Of a DNA stretch of 64,000 nucleotides, positions 52,489-64,000 are shown piece by piece. A model generated the notes under the pieces. The model ran no database searches. It worked only from the letters and a program-made list of their open reading frames with translations, and had not been told where the DNA came from. The position numbers and the translations under genes were made by a program. Position 1 is the first letter of the stretch, and each line of letters starts with the position of its first letter. The DNA comes from Felis catus (Eukaryota): positions 21,950,001-22,014,000 of the forward strand of contig NC_058369.1 in NCBI RefSeq assembly GCF_018350175.1, written 5' to 3'.

Positions 52489-55400
52489 GCATATGCTGCC
52501 TTTTGATAGTAACTGGAGGCACGGAGATAATTGTCTTTCTTACTGGCTCATGGTTGACATCTGAGCTAGGTGGACTTTATATCTATAATTGCCCTAATTC
52601 TCATTTAATCCTTGCCATAAACTCCCAAGCAATTCTCATTTTACGTGAGGAGAAAAGGCTGAGTGGGTCAATTGTTTACACCAGGCCATAAGGCCTAGGA
52701 GTGGGCAGGGCCAGGATTCGCACCAGGCTTTCTGACCCCAGGCTCCTCCACTGGGCTGTGAGGGGAAGCTGAGGCTCATGACTGATGTCCTCTTAATGCT
52801 GAGCAGGGGAGGGTGAGGCCAAGGGGAGAAGCAGCATCAGAATATCCAGGTGGGTCCTCGGGGAAGTTTTCACATTCATGGTGTTGGTTGGGGTTTGGAG
52901 CCTAGGTGTGGGGGCTGGCATAGAAGCTCCCCTGGCATAGAAGTTTCCATGCCTCCTCCTTCCTACCACCCGGAGACATTTCCAGGTGGGGGTTGTGGCT
53001 GGAGAGGATCTGGATGGAGGTTTTTACCAACCCTACAGCCCTCTGCCAACCTTCTGAATTATCCAGGTAAAGTGGGAATGAGTAGAGAGGTTGAAATTGG
53101 GTATCAAATAGATTTTATTGCATTTTAATTCTTGAAAAGTTGTTTCCTGCAAGTGGAAAGTGCAGGAACTTTTGCGGTGTGGGTAGGAGGTTTGTGCTGA
53201 GCACTGGCCGGTTGTAGGATGAAACAGTTAGGGTTATGGGTCCTGGAGTCAAACTGGGTTCAGTCCCCAGCTTTGCTGTGCACTGTCTGTGATCGGCAAG
53301 CTGCTTTTTCTTGCCGAGTCTGTTCCTCTTTTGGAAAAGAGGAAATACAGCAGTTAAGGGGGTTAGCCCAGGCCCCGGCTCCTGGAAAACACGGAGTCAT
53401 TGGGGGTTGTCACTACTATTGTGAGCCATGGCAACGTGTCCTTAAGCTTCAGCACAGTGGTGTGAGGTAGGGGTGGCTGTCCTCAGCCTTAGAGACCAGG
53501 GAAGAAACTGGGGCCTAGGAAGACCGGCCCACGAACTCCCAACCTGATGAGGGAGTGGCAGAATGGGATTGGGCGAGCCACACCAGAGATGCTTCCTGAC
53601 GATGTACTGTGTTGGGGGTTTGCTCTCCAAAGCCATTCTATGGAAGATGTATTCACCAGACTGACCCAGTCTAAGGTGGTAGTGGGCCTGGCAGGTGTTG
53701 GGGTGGCCCTGGTGAGGAAGTGCCTGAAAGTTATCCTCTCCGTTGTAGGAGGAAGAGCTAGGCCAGGACCGTAGCCTGCCTTTGCTCAGACAACAAACAG
53801 TAGAGGGTTTCTCCTTTCCCTGGGAACACCAAGGAAAGAAAGGATTTAATGGTCAGGATCTGATTCTGCCACAGCTGGGAAGGCTGAAGGCTGCCTCTAC
53901 ACAGTGAGTCATCTTGAGGCAGGGTAGAAGAATCCAGAGCTCAACACCCTCCTACGAGGCTTGGGGGTGTCTGCACAGACTACTTTCTCAGCTAACTAGG
54001 AATCCGCTTACCAGCTGTGTCTTGTTCCTGCTCGGCCCAGGTGGGAGACCCCTGACCATCTCTTGATTAAATGATACTTAGAAGGGGAAAGGAAACAAAA
54101 GCTCCAAGGAGCAAAACGGGTGTGGAGAGTTCTGGCCTGACTGCCGTGGCTCCCACAGGAAAAAGGGGTGATGTCTGGAGCTGGAGTATCAACCACCACT
54201 AGCACCCCAGGGGAGCGCCCATCAGGGCGTCTAATTTCATTCTCCGGCTGCCTTGTGTGTATTGCTCGCTGGGGCAGGGAGGGCGGGAGATCCGGCCCTG
54301 GAAGTGGCAGAGGTGGGACGCAGACATCTCCAGCCTTTTCCCAAGCCGTGTTCTTGGACCTCAGGAGTCCCTGCTCCTCCCTCCAGTGGGAGACTGAGGC
54401 CTACAGATGGGCCGGAACTTGCCCGAACTAAGGCTTCCTAGAACCCCGGCTGTCCCTGGCTTTTTGCCATGTGGTTCCTGGCCTCAGTTTCCTCACCTGT
54501 GAGATGGGAGTGGTGAGGCGACACATGCATCACGTTGTTGAGAGGATGAAAAGTGATTTTTGTAAGGGAACCATCTGAAATTCGGGAGCCGCACCATTAA
54601 CTTCCTTCTACCTCAGGCCTCACTTGTTCAGGTGTTTGGGGCACGTCCTTGTCTGACTGCTCCCCTTCCTGTCTTCAGCCTGTGTTCTGTCTTTAGGAGA
54701 GCAGAGACTGTAGGAAACCGAGCTGGATTTGGGCCCCGGGTTTGCTGCTCACTAGCTTTGTGACTGAACACATTCTCTTCCCTTCCTTGGCCTTGGTTTC
54801 CTCATCTGTAGGATGAGCATGGAGTCTTTGTGAGGAGTCAAGAAAATAACATGTGGGTGAGCTGCACTTTATCAAAAGACGCTGTTTACTTTGTCAGGAA
54901 TGCTCTCGAGGATCGTCTCTTCCTTCCCAGGGAATTTTGGGGATCAGCAATGTCTGAGCATTGGGGGGTACCTTCAAATACCCCTGCTGGAGTGCTGTGG
55001 GGTGTTTTAAATCGCAGTTACAAGCTGTGCCCGCTAAGTCCCTGTGTTCTCTTGTGAGTATTGCATTTCTCGGCCCTAGATTTTTTTTCCCCCATGCAGC
55101 CCAGGGCAGGAGGGTGGGAGGAGGGGCATGCCCTTGCCTGTTCTTCAGGAAGGGTCTGGTCACTGCTTCTAGCTCCAGGCTTGCTGGCAGCGGAGGGAGA
55201 GATGCATGGGGGCCTGCTCATGGCAGTGGAGCGCGTGGCCGCTGCTGAGCTTGCCCACGTGCTGAGGTCAGCGTTTTCAGCAGCAGGGAGCTCTGCGTTC
55301 GGTCTTCAGCAATCAGAAGCTGGGAGAGCAAGTGTGGCTTGTGGGTTCTGGGGTTGGTATTCGTGGCCACACTGATGTTTCAGATGAGACCGTGGGGCCT

Positions 55401-56809
55401 GTGCCTTGAACCTTGCCCCCTTTGATTTCTGGCACCCAGCCCAGCATTTTACACCTGTTTTGTCTTCACAACCAGTCAGGCGGCAGCGATCGGCACTTCC
55501 GTGGTGCACGTGAGGCAAATGAAGCTCAGAGGGGTTAACCGAACGACTCTCTGATGAGGTAATGAGCCCCCGAGATTATCAACAGGTTGTGTGGCCGCTC
55601 TTCACTGTTTCAGGACCGTGCCCTGCCGGGTGTACGAGGCATGTCACAGAAAGGACGCTGGACTTGGAGGCAAGTGACATGGCCTTGAGTTTATGCTCTG
55701 TACCCTCACTTCTGTGCGACCCTGCTTTCCTCCCTAGTCGCGAAGTAGGGACCAGTGGGATGTGTGTGCAAGTGTTTTACAGTCTAGAAAGCAGTGTGCA
55801 CATGTCAGGCATTATCCTTCTTGTCTGCTGAGTGACTCCAAGGACAGGATCTGGCTTCACCTTTCCTCGGATGCCGTTAGAAAGCGGTGCCAGGCTGAGT
55901 CCCAGTGATGCCAGTGCCACACGTGGGCCCCACACAGGAGAAAAGTCACCCCCTCCAGCACAGCCACAGTGAGGGTGCTGGGGTGCTGGAGAGAGGCTGA
56001 TGTGCAGGCAGAGACAAAACCAATCAGATCCAAGCTTGAGGCAACCCACCCCCACCCCTCACGATTTTCAGAAACCAGCTGTCATTTGAAGTCCTGACTA
56101 TTCCTCGAGTTCCTTGAGAGCTGTGGAATTCACCGTGCTTGGGCGATGCAAACTACAAGTGATTTTGCCTATTAAAGGATAGGCTTGTGACCCAGCCAGC
56201 CCTGTAGGCAAGCAAATGCTATTTCTTGGTTCTAAGTGTGAACAGAGCATAGTTAGTATCACCTCCTCACTCCGTTCCTAGATCTGTCTTCCTTTTGTCT
56301 GTGATGAAAAGCGGAAATGCTGAGTATAGTCCCAGCCTGCAGCTGGGTGGTTATCGAGGCTAGAGGTTCTGCTGCGTGGGCCCTGATTCGTTCCGGTGCA
56401 TTTTGCGGGTGGGGGCGCTAAAGCTGCGGCACTGAGATCAGCTGGTGTGTTCCTTGTAGAAGTTCAAGACTACCCCCTGGGCTGGAAGCAACCCGGTCCT
56501 CTGAGCCACAAACTTGCTTGTGTTTGATCTTGTGCTGTTCTCTTACTTCTAACAAGAGTGTGAACTTCTTGTGGGCAGGGACCCAGCCTTCCCTTTGTCT
56601 TAAATACTCCACCTCCTGGCACGGGCGGTTTGGTAAACGATTGAGTATTTAATGAAGCAAAACTGTGTCTACATCAGGCACCCTGAGGTTGCTTTAATTG
56701 CTTTGACTATTTTCTTAACATAGGCCTGATGGTGTCTCCTTCCAAGCTGGGAGCAGAATGAGGGAACGTGCACGTGTGCCCGATTGACCCCCTTTGGTCT
56801 ACTGCTTAA

Positions 56810-57240
56810 TGAAAATAGCAGAACTTAAGCATCCAAAACGCAGTGTCCCCTTCAAAGTGGTTATTCTCGGGGCTGCACCCTCTTCCCAGTGATGCTGGGA
56901 TGCTTGTCTCCAGAACTACTTTCAGAGTCGGTTTCTACTTTTCATTTTGCTTTGCTTCTGGCTAAAATTGGGGTGATCAAGGTTGATCACTGACCTTATC
57001 CACGGCCTTTTCTTAAAGGTTGTTTGTAGGAAAATCACATCTACCCTTAAAGAACCGCATTTTCTTATCTTCGAGGATCTTGAGAGGAATGTCATGGGCT
57101 TCGAAGACGGTCTGACAATGGCATTCTGGGAATGTTCTGAGGAATGGCAATGTTACCAAAATTAGGTGTCCAGCTTCCCAAACTTACTACTCTGAAGGGG
57201 GTGGCACTTATTTACATGATTCTGGTGAGCTTATTAAACA
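56810..57240. mobile_element. MARNA-like mariner fossil
   Basis: Inverted ends GTGTCCCCTTCAAAGTGGTT and TACTACTCTGAAGGGGGTGGCAC. Mariner C-terminal-like AFWECSEEWQ..C in the 56983 ORF. Confidence 0.6.
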
Positions 57241-57949
57241 GAACGCCTTCAACGCTTCCCAGTCCCACTTCTTAAGTCTGCAGTCTCTCCATCTCCTGGG
57301 CTTTCTTTGCATGCCAAGAATTCTTCCACCTAGGCTGTGCTCTTTAGCCCCTGGCCCCAGGAAAATGGTCAAGTGAGATGTTTCACCCCCCCCCCCCCAA
57401 AATAGCCTGGTTCTGAAAGCCCTCCTCCCGTCCCTGGCAAGGCACATTTTCACGTTCCTCCAGAGTCCAGAGACTCTGTCGTGGGGTTGTGGGGAGTGAG
57501 GATACATGCCTGACCCTTGCCAGGGCTTCAGGGTCCTTGGGAACAGATGTAATCGTACCGTTCATAGCTGTCATTCGGATGCTTTAGACGGGCAGACAGA
57601 ATTCTGTCCCCAGGAGGACTCCTTGGGCTTGACTAAGAAGAATACGTAAGTTTCTGCCTTTCTTTCTTCTTGCCTTTAAAAAAATGTACTTTTGATGCCA
57701 GTTAAGTTAAATCTTTTAATCTTAGCAACAGCAAAGAGCTCCACCTTTGCTGCATGTGAAGCTGTGTGAGACAACAAAGCCGGCTTTAAAAATAGTCTCC
57801 TTGTTTGTAAGTGGAGCATCTTTGACTTAAGTCAGTGTTCTGTAGCTGGGTTCCCATGATCACCACTGGTCACTGGCCTGTGGCCCTGGCACCTGGGGGC
57901 AATAAATAATAGAACTGGTCTCCAATTCTGGGATGATGGCATGTACATT

Positions 57950-58760
57950 CTTTATAATTCACAAACCATACAATTCACCATTTTAAATTCTGCAGTTCAG
58001 GGGATTTTACTGTGTCCACGTGGTGCAACCACCATCAAAATAAATTTTAGAACATTCATCAGCCCATAAAGAAACCCCCTATTCATTAGCTGTCACTTCC
58101 TATTTTCCTCCAACCCTCACTTCCCCGGCCCTAGACAACCACTAATCTACTCTCTGTATGGATTTTCCTAGTCCAGACATTTTATATGAATTATATAATA
58201 TGATCTATGAAAATTTAGCATATTTTCGGGATTCGTCCATGCTCTAGTACATATCAGTACTTCATTCATTTTTATGGCTGAATAATATTCCACTGTAGGG
58301 ATCAGTTACATTTCATTTATCCCTTCATCACTGGTGGACATTTGGGTTGTTTACATTTTTGGGCTATTGTGAAGAATGCTGCTGTGAACATTTGCGTACA
58401 GGTGTTTGTGTGAACTTCTTTTAATTCTCTCGGGTATATTCCTAGGAGTGGAATGTTCTGGGTCATACAGTACCTTTAATATCATTTTGAGGGACTGTCA
58501 GACTTTTCCAAAGCAGCTGTACCATTTTATACTCCCACCAGCAGTATATGAGGGTTCCTGTTTCTCCTTGCTAATACTTGTTATCGTCTGTCTTTTGGGT
58601 TTTAGCCTTTCTAGTGGATGTGAAGTAGTAGATCCTTGTGGATTTGCATTTCCCTAATGACTAATGATATTAAGCACCTTTTCATGTGCTTATTAATCAT
58701 TTGTATACATTCTTCGGATAAATGTCTGTTTAGACCCTTTGCCCCTTAAAAAAATAGGGC
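57950..58760 (-). mobile_element. L1MB-like 3' end
   Basis: CCATACAATTCACCATTTTAAA..GGACATTTGGGTTGTTT..TTTGCATTTCCCTAATGACTAATGAT. Confidence 0.85.
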
Positions 58761-60099
58761 AATATTGTTATTGTGGAGAATGCTTATTTTTTAAAATTAC
58801 ATTTGATCTAGAATGTATAACCATTCATTTAATGGTAAAATATCAAAATTCAGATAACCGAAGTCATGCCATTAGGCAAAAACTGGCAAATCTTAGAAGC
58901 CTTTAGACAGATCTTCTCTCCCACTTAGGAGAAAGAGCTCATCCTGACAATCTCTGATCTGTGTTCTGTTTTGAATGAAACACATATCTAGGACATACTT
59001 TGGTAGGTAGAAACAAAACTTAAAATTCCAGGGTCTTAGGATTTACATGGTATTTGTCCAATTAGAATCTCTTTTAATTGCACATATTCCCAGTTAACCT
59101 ATTTATAAAAAGCCACAAAAAATCAGAGAACATAAATTCTGAGCATAAGACTTGAGAAGGAAGTAAGAATTTTTATTATTTTTTAATTCTGAAGACTTAC
59201 CCTGTAACTCCGTGGTGAAGATGAACATCGTGGAAAGACTATGACTTTGAAATCATCCAAGGAAGGAAATTCCATTTCCTTCATTTACTAGCAGCGTGAT
59301 CTTGAGCCTCAGACTCCTTATCTATAAAATCTACTTTGTAATAAAGATAAGTCTTTTAAATAAAGTTTCTGGCACCTAGTAGTTGCTCATTTAATGGTAA
59401 CTATTAACATGCATGCTTTTTGTTCATGAATTACACTTTTATGCATATATAGGTAGGTTATTAATTTTTTTAGGTTCTTCTATATTTTATCATATTATTT
59501 AGAAATAGCATGCACTATTAATCTTGAGTTGTGTGAGAGTTCTTTGGATATTCTGGATACCGGTCCCTTATCAGATATAGGATTTGCAAGCATTCATTTC
59601 CTTTCTGTGGGTTGTCTCTTCGTTTACTTGATGGTGTCATTTGAACACAAAAGTTCTTAATTTTGATGAAGTGGCATGCACATTCTTAGAATCTTTGAAC
59701 TGAGAGCGTCTTTGAGGTTGCCTGTTCCAGCCCCTTTGTCCTAGTGATGGGAGGCTGTGTGGCTCCGAGAGAAGGGGTCTTCCTCACGGTCACAGGCCAA
59801 GTTTCATCTCCTGATTTTCACCTCTGTGCATCCTTTATTTCTACCCCTACTGTTTCTGAAGGTAGGAAGTTTAGGTCAAATGTGTTAGACGTGTGAGGCA
59901 AGAGAGTGGGTAGTGCTTCTCGCCCTTGAAGCACATAGACTCCAAACTTTGCTTATAGATTGGACTGACCCTAAGGTGCATTTGTGTGCCCCCTCCCACA
60001 GCTTTATTGAAATATAATTGACACAGTTCATTTATTTTTGTCCTGTCAGAAATTTGATCCTGTCTCTCAGACGGTGCGCAGCATGAGAGAATTGCTTAG

Positions 60100-60296
60100 A
60101 GCAGTGGTATCTTGAACATGTTGGTCACGTGTGGCAATAAGAATGTACATTCATTAAAATAAAGATTAACATTAAGTTCTTCAGTCATGCAAGCTGCATT
60201 TTCCATTGTTCAGAATCCACATACGGCTACCATATTAGATAACGTTCACAGGGAGAATTTTTATCATTGCAGCAGGTACTGTAGGGCAGCACTAGT
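60100..60296. mobile_element. MER3/MER33-like hAT MITE
   Basis: CACGTGTGGC..AAGTTC..CAGTC..CCACATACGGCTACCATATTAGA..GCAGCACTAG. Confidence 0.6.
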
Positions 60297-60644
60297 CTGG
60301 AGACACCTGTATCCCCTGCCCACTGGCATTCTGTCCAGGCCCCCGACCCAGGTTGGCATCCTGGACTTGCAGCCTTGATCTGTCTTCTGTGTGTTCCTCG
60401 TCCACCTGCCACTCAGACTTCCTATTTCTGTGGTTGCTTCTGGGCTTCTTGGTGAGCCCCCTGTTCGGATCAGATGGTTGTGGGCCCTGCTGGCAGAGAC
60501 CCTTCTTTTCTGTAGTTTCTGGACTTGGTTGCCAGGAAAGAGACTGGGGCCTTCCCTCACCTCAGCCAGTAGATGTGACTTGCAGAAACAGAGCTGAAAG
60601 GTGCTTAAAGGAGTATGTGCCTCCTTGGAAAGGCTAACTCCTTA

Positions 60645-60765
60645 AAAAAATTTCTTCAATGTTTACTTTTGAGAGAGAGAGAGAGAGAGAGAGAGAGGCA
60701 GAGAGAGAGAGAGAGAGAGACACAGAATCCAAGGTAGGCTCCAGGCTCTGAGCTGTCAGCACAGA
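60645..60765 (-). mobile_element. 5'-truncated SINEC_Fc
   Basis: Tail and (AG)n stop at CTGTCAGCACAGA. TSD GGA[A/G]AGGCTAACTCCT on both sides. Confidence 0.85.
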
Positions 60766-63524
60766 GGAGAGGCTAACTCCTAAGAATGAATGAATGAATT
60801 GATCTACCCTTGGGCAAGGGGAAGAGGATGAAGAACTTTTGGCTGCATTGGTTGGTGGCCTTTCAGATGCATATGTCTCTGGAGAGGTAGTTGATCTCAA
60901 GAATTTTCAAGATTGCAAGGTGATGTGGAGGTGGGAGGCAGGACGGGTTGGAACCCTGGTGTCCTGAGAAAGTAACAAGGCAGATTCTGGCTTAGTCCTG
61001 CTTAGTGCTCTTGTGGGAGTACGTGTAACCTTGAGGACCATCTGAACTGCTGATCCCAAGGTCACTAGGGTTGCACAAATAATCTCAAAGGAAGTGCTAT
61101 CTGTGAAAGGCTGGAACACCTTACAGTTGTACCAAACTGGAATATTAGACCAGAAGTGAGCATAGGAAATACCTCAGAGAAGAAAGGGATTCACCCAGGC
61201 TCACAACAAGTTAGTGGTGGCAAAGCAGAGATTAGAATCCAGGTCCTGTGGCACCTTGCCTCATGCATGTTCTATGTGCCTTATTGTATGTCTTCATGGA
61301 CACAAGTGACAGGTACTTCACATGCAAAGAAACCAAACAACAACTTTGAGGCATTGCCTGGGCTTAGACAAGAATTCATCTAACCCATTATGCACTAGGT
61401 CTTGCCGTAAACCCTCCTTGGCCACTCTCATCACTAGAAAGTATTTAGAAATTTTTCAGTTAAGGTGGTGTCACCCAGGTTCTTATTCCTTCTCTCCAGC
61501 CAGTCTCTAGGGTCTGTTATCTGCAGGAACATCTGTCGTTGATCTTAAAGTGTTGGAAACAGACTTGTTCTGGAGATCAGCCTTGTCCCCCAGACTGAAG
61601 AGTCTTGAGGGTAAGAGCCACATGGTCCCTGTTACCACTTGGGGACAGGCCCAGCATGTTCATTTAGTGAGTATCTGTGGACTTCTGTCTTTCAGGAAAA
61701 CTCCCCTTTTGATGGGTTTTGATGGGAGGTATGAGGCCCCTTCTCCTAATGATCCTGAATATTTGTCCACTCTGATTTGGAAATAGTGACCGGAAGAAAT
61801 GGGATCGTTTTTCTGTCTGTTGCAGGAAGAGTTGCCCATTTTGCCTTTGAACTTTATAAGAGCTGAAGAACTTTTACATTTGTGCTGAGAAAGTAAGGGT
61901 TACTTTTTGCTGAATTGGGCAGTGGGTGGACCTATCCCAACAGGACATCCTGGGAAGGAGTCCCAGAGCAATGAGGGGCAGGCAGGGAATTGTGGAAGGA
62001 ATTCCATGCCATAAACAGAATATCTCACTTAATAGTGGAACTTTTCTGCCTTCTCCTCCAGAGGTGGAAGACCGTTCTTTCCAAAGACAAGCTTAATGAC
62101 TACTGTGCCAGCATGCACAACTGCAAGATAAATTTATGCACCAGCTTAGCACTAGACGTGCAATTTATAAAAGATCTGACGAAAATCTTAAAAACAGGTT
62201 GAAGTGTCTTAGGCTCAGGCTGGTGCCCTTTCAGTTGAGTTATTAGGGACAGGGCTCTAGGGACAAGATCATGGGACAGAGATGTGACCCAGGCTTGAGC
62301 ACCTGTCTGCCTGGCCTTTGGAGCCCCTTTTTGGGTTCATTGAAATGAATTTCTTTGTGCAGCTTTTACCAGGACCGGAGCTTCTCTGGTTGGAGCAGAG
62401 TAAGTTTTCAGGCTGAATTACTTGGACCATTGCCTGTGTTTTCTTTTTCACATAGCCTGCGGGTATCTGGCCTTCTCAGCCAAGGAAAATGGAAATGGTT
62501 CTAAACACTCACTTGAGTCATGAATTTCAACCGTGTATTAATTTGCTGCTTATTCCTTGCTTTTTGTGTCTTGTGAGAAGCAATGAGAGGACACGAGGGC
62601 AGGCCTCAAGGGTCCTTTGGAGGTGCTGCAGCAACTTGGAGCTGGGGGGAGAGGCCAGGGACAGAGGAACTGTGCTCTCCCTCCGTGTTCCCCACAGAGC
62701 AGCACCCCGCCCGCCTGTGTGTGCGTGCACCTGTGTGTGTGTGTGCGTGTGAGGTTGCGTTTAAGATTTCATTTGGAGAGGAAAGTTTCCAAAACTCCTT
62801 ATGTAGGCAGTCCAGAGAAGATTGCTCTGTGCCTTACCCTCACTTCAGTCTGTGGGGACCCCGGGCTGAAAACTTAGGGCTCAGCTCTTGTTCCTTCCTC
62901 TTCCATGAGCTGCGGGATAGATTCTGTACTGAGGTCTCGATTTTTGCCTCTTACTCATGGCTATTGCTTCGCTTTTCAGGGGCCACAGAAGAAGAAACCT
63001 GGTATCCTCAGTGAGCACAGGCTCTGTAAGAAGTGATTTCTATGTATTACAGACATCTTAAAGTATTCAGCATTACCCCCATTTTTTTTACACATATAAA
63101 AGGGTGAGATCAGGGTATGAATTCATTCCTGTCTTCTTTTAAACTGTTTTCCTATGGAGGAGAAGATCCAGGGATGCAGAGTAGGTAGTAGGCCATATAA
63201 CACATGGCGGTTTGTAGGTGGGGATAGGAACACAGTGGGAATAAACTAGAACTGACGAATAAGTGGTCAGGATAGGGCTTTGCCCTATATTTGTTTTTTG
63301 TTGTTATTGTTGTTTTCTGGTTTTTGTTATTTTCTGCTTTGACTGTCAGTTTTGCTCTGTAAAGCCTGGAGGTGACCTATTTAATGCCTGTATTTGGAGT
63401 CCTCAGAATGTCTGAGGATCAGCCTAACTCGCTGAACGTTAACAAAGAGAGTGAGATGTCAGTCCCTGACCACAAGGCGCTCACAGTTCTGGAGGGAGTA
63501 GATGACCCTTTAGTAAGCCTTAGC

Positions 63525-64000
63525 ATGTGTTAGGACTCCTTTGGTCATTAGTAATAAGCCCAAACCCAGCACAGACTGGGTTAAATCCAGGAGGAATTTA
63601 TTGGCTCATATAACTGACCAGTCCAGAGATAAATCCGGAGTTAGTTCATGAGCCCAAATGATGTCCTCAGGATCTAGTTCTCTCTCCCCATCCTGCCTCC
63701 ACTTCCTGTGTGTTGACACCATTCTTTGAGACGCCTCCCCCTATGATTGCAGAATGGCTGTCCGTATTTCCTAGGTCTGCATATGTCCACCTTCCTTCCA
63801 GTAAGAGAGAGTGTCAGGGTCTTTGTCCCAGCCATCAGTCTTGTTTCATCCCGTTGGCTCAGGCTGCATCATGCTCACATCCTGAATCTGTCACATGGCC
63901 AGGGGCATGTGTAGCACTGAATGGCTTGAGCCCTGGTCCTGTGCTTCACCTCTGAACCCAGTGGAGCCAACTCTACCCTAAAACCCTGGGCTAAGAATGG
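63525..64000. mobile_element. MLT1K/L-like LTR (partial)
   Basis: TTAGGACTCCTTTGG..CCAAACCC..AATTTATTGGCTCATATAACTGA..TCCTGAATCTGTCACATGGCCAGGGG. Confidence 0.65.

Larger units (their letters stand above)
40391..64000 (+). other. CACNA1D: CACNA1D intron 3 (partial, continues beyond window)
   Basis: GTAAGT donor. I found no downstream sequence encoding the expected IS2 segment (EKVEY..-like) in the window. Confidence 0.85.

Overview
Mammalian genomic DNA from a felid or other feliform, judged from about 27 tRNA-derived SINEC_Fc-type Can-SINEs and a young L1_Fc-like insertion. The only protein-coding gene I can support is the 5' end of CACNA1D (Cav1.3 L-type calcium channel alpha-1D) on the + strand. 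It has a CpG-island promoter (~33.0-35.2 kb) and coding exons 1-3 (34255-34321, 36269-36578, 40285-40390; 161 codons, open across both junctions). The rest of the window to 64000 is intron 3. Intron 2 is a U12-type (minor spliceosome) GT-AG intron. The first ~16 kb is mostly antisense L1 remnants, and 16-32 kb is a mix of SINEs, MIR/L2 and hAT/mariner-class fossils. The most notable observation is that the seven tandem ATG start codons sit where the simple-repeat tail of a well-preserved L2/MIR 3' terminus would be. This suggests the poly-Met start region was exapted from a retroposon, together with an AATAAA and an overlapping out-of-frame uORF. Also notable are palindromes in the promoter/5' UTR, a twin-primed 5'-inverted L1 with its target-site duplication (TSD), and an oddly structured SINE. 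There is no CRISPR array or prokaryote-like system. Most ORF-track entries are repeat-derived or GC-rich artefacts. Repeat family names come from recalled consensus sequences, and their boundaries are approximate.
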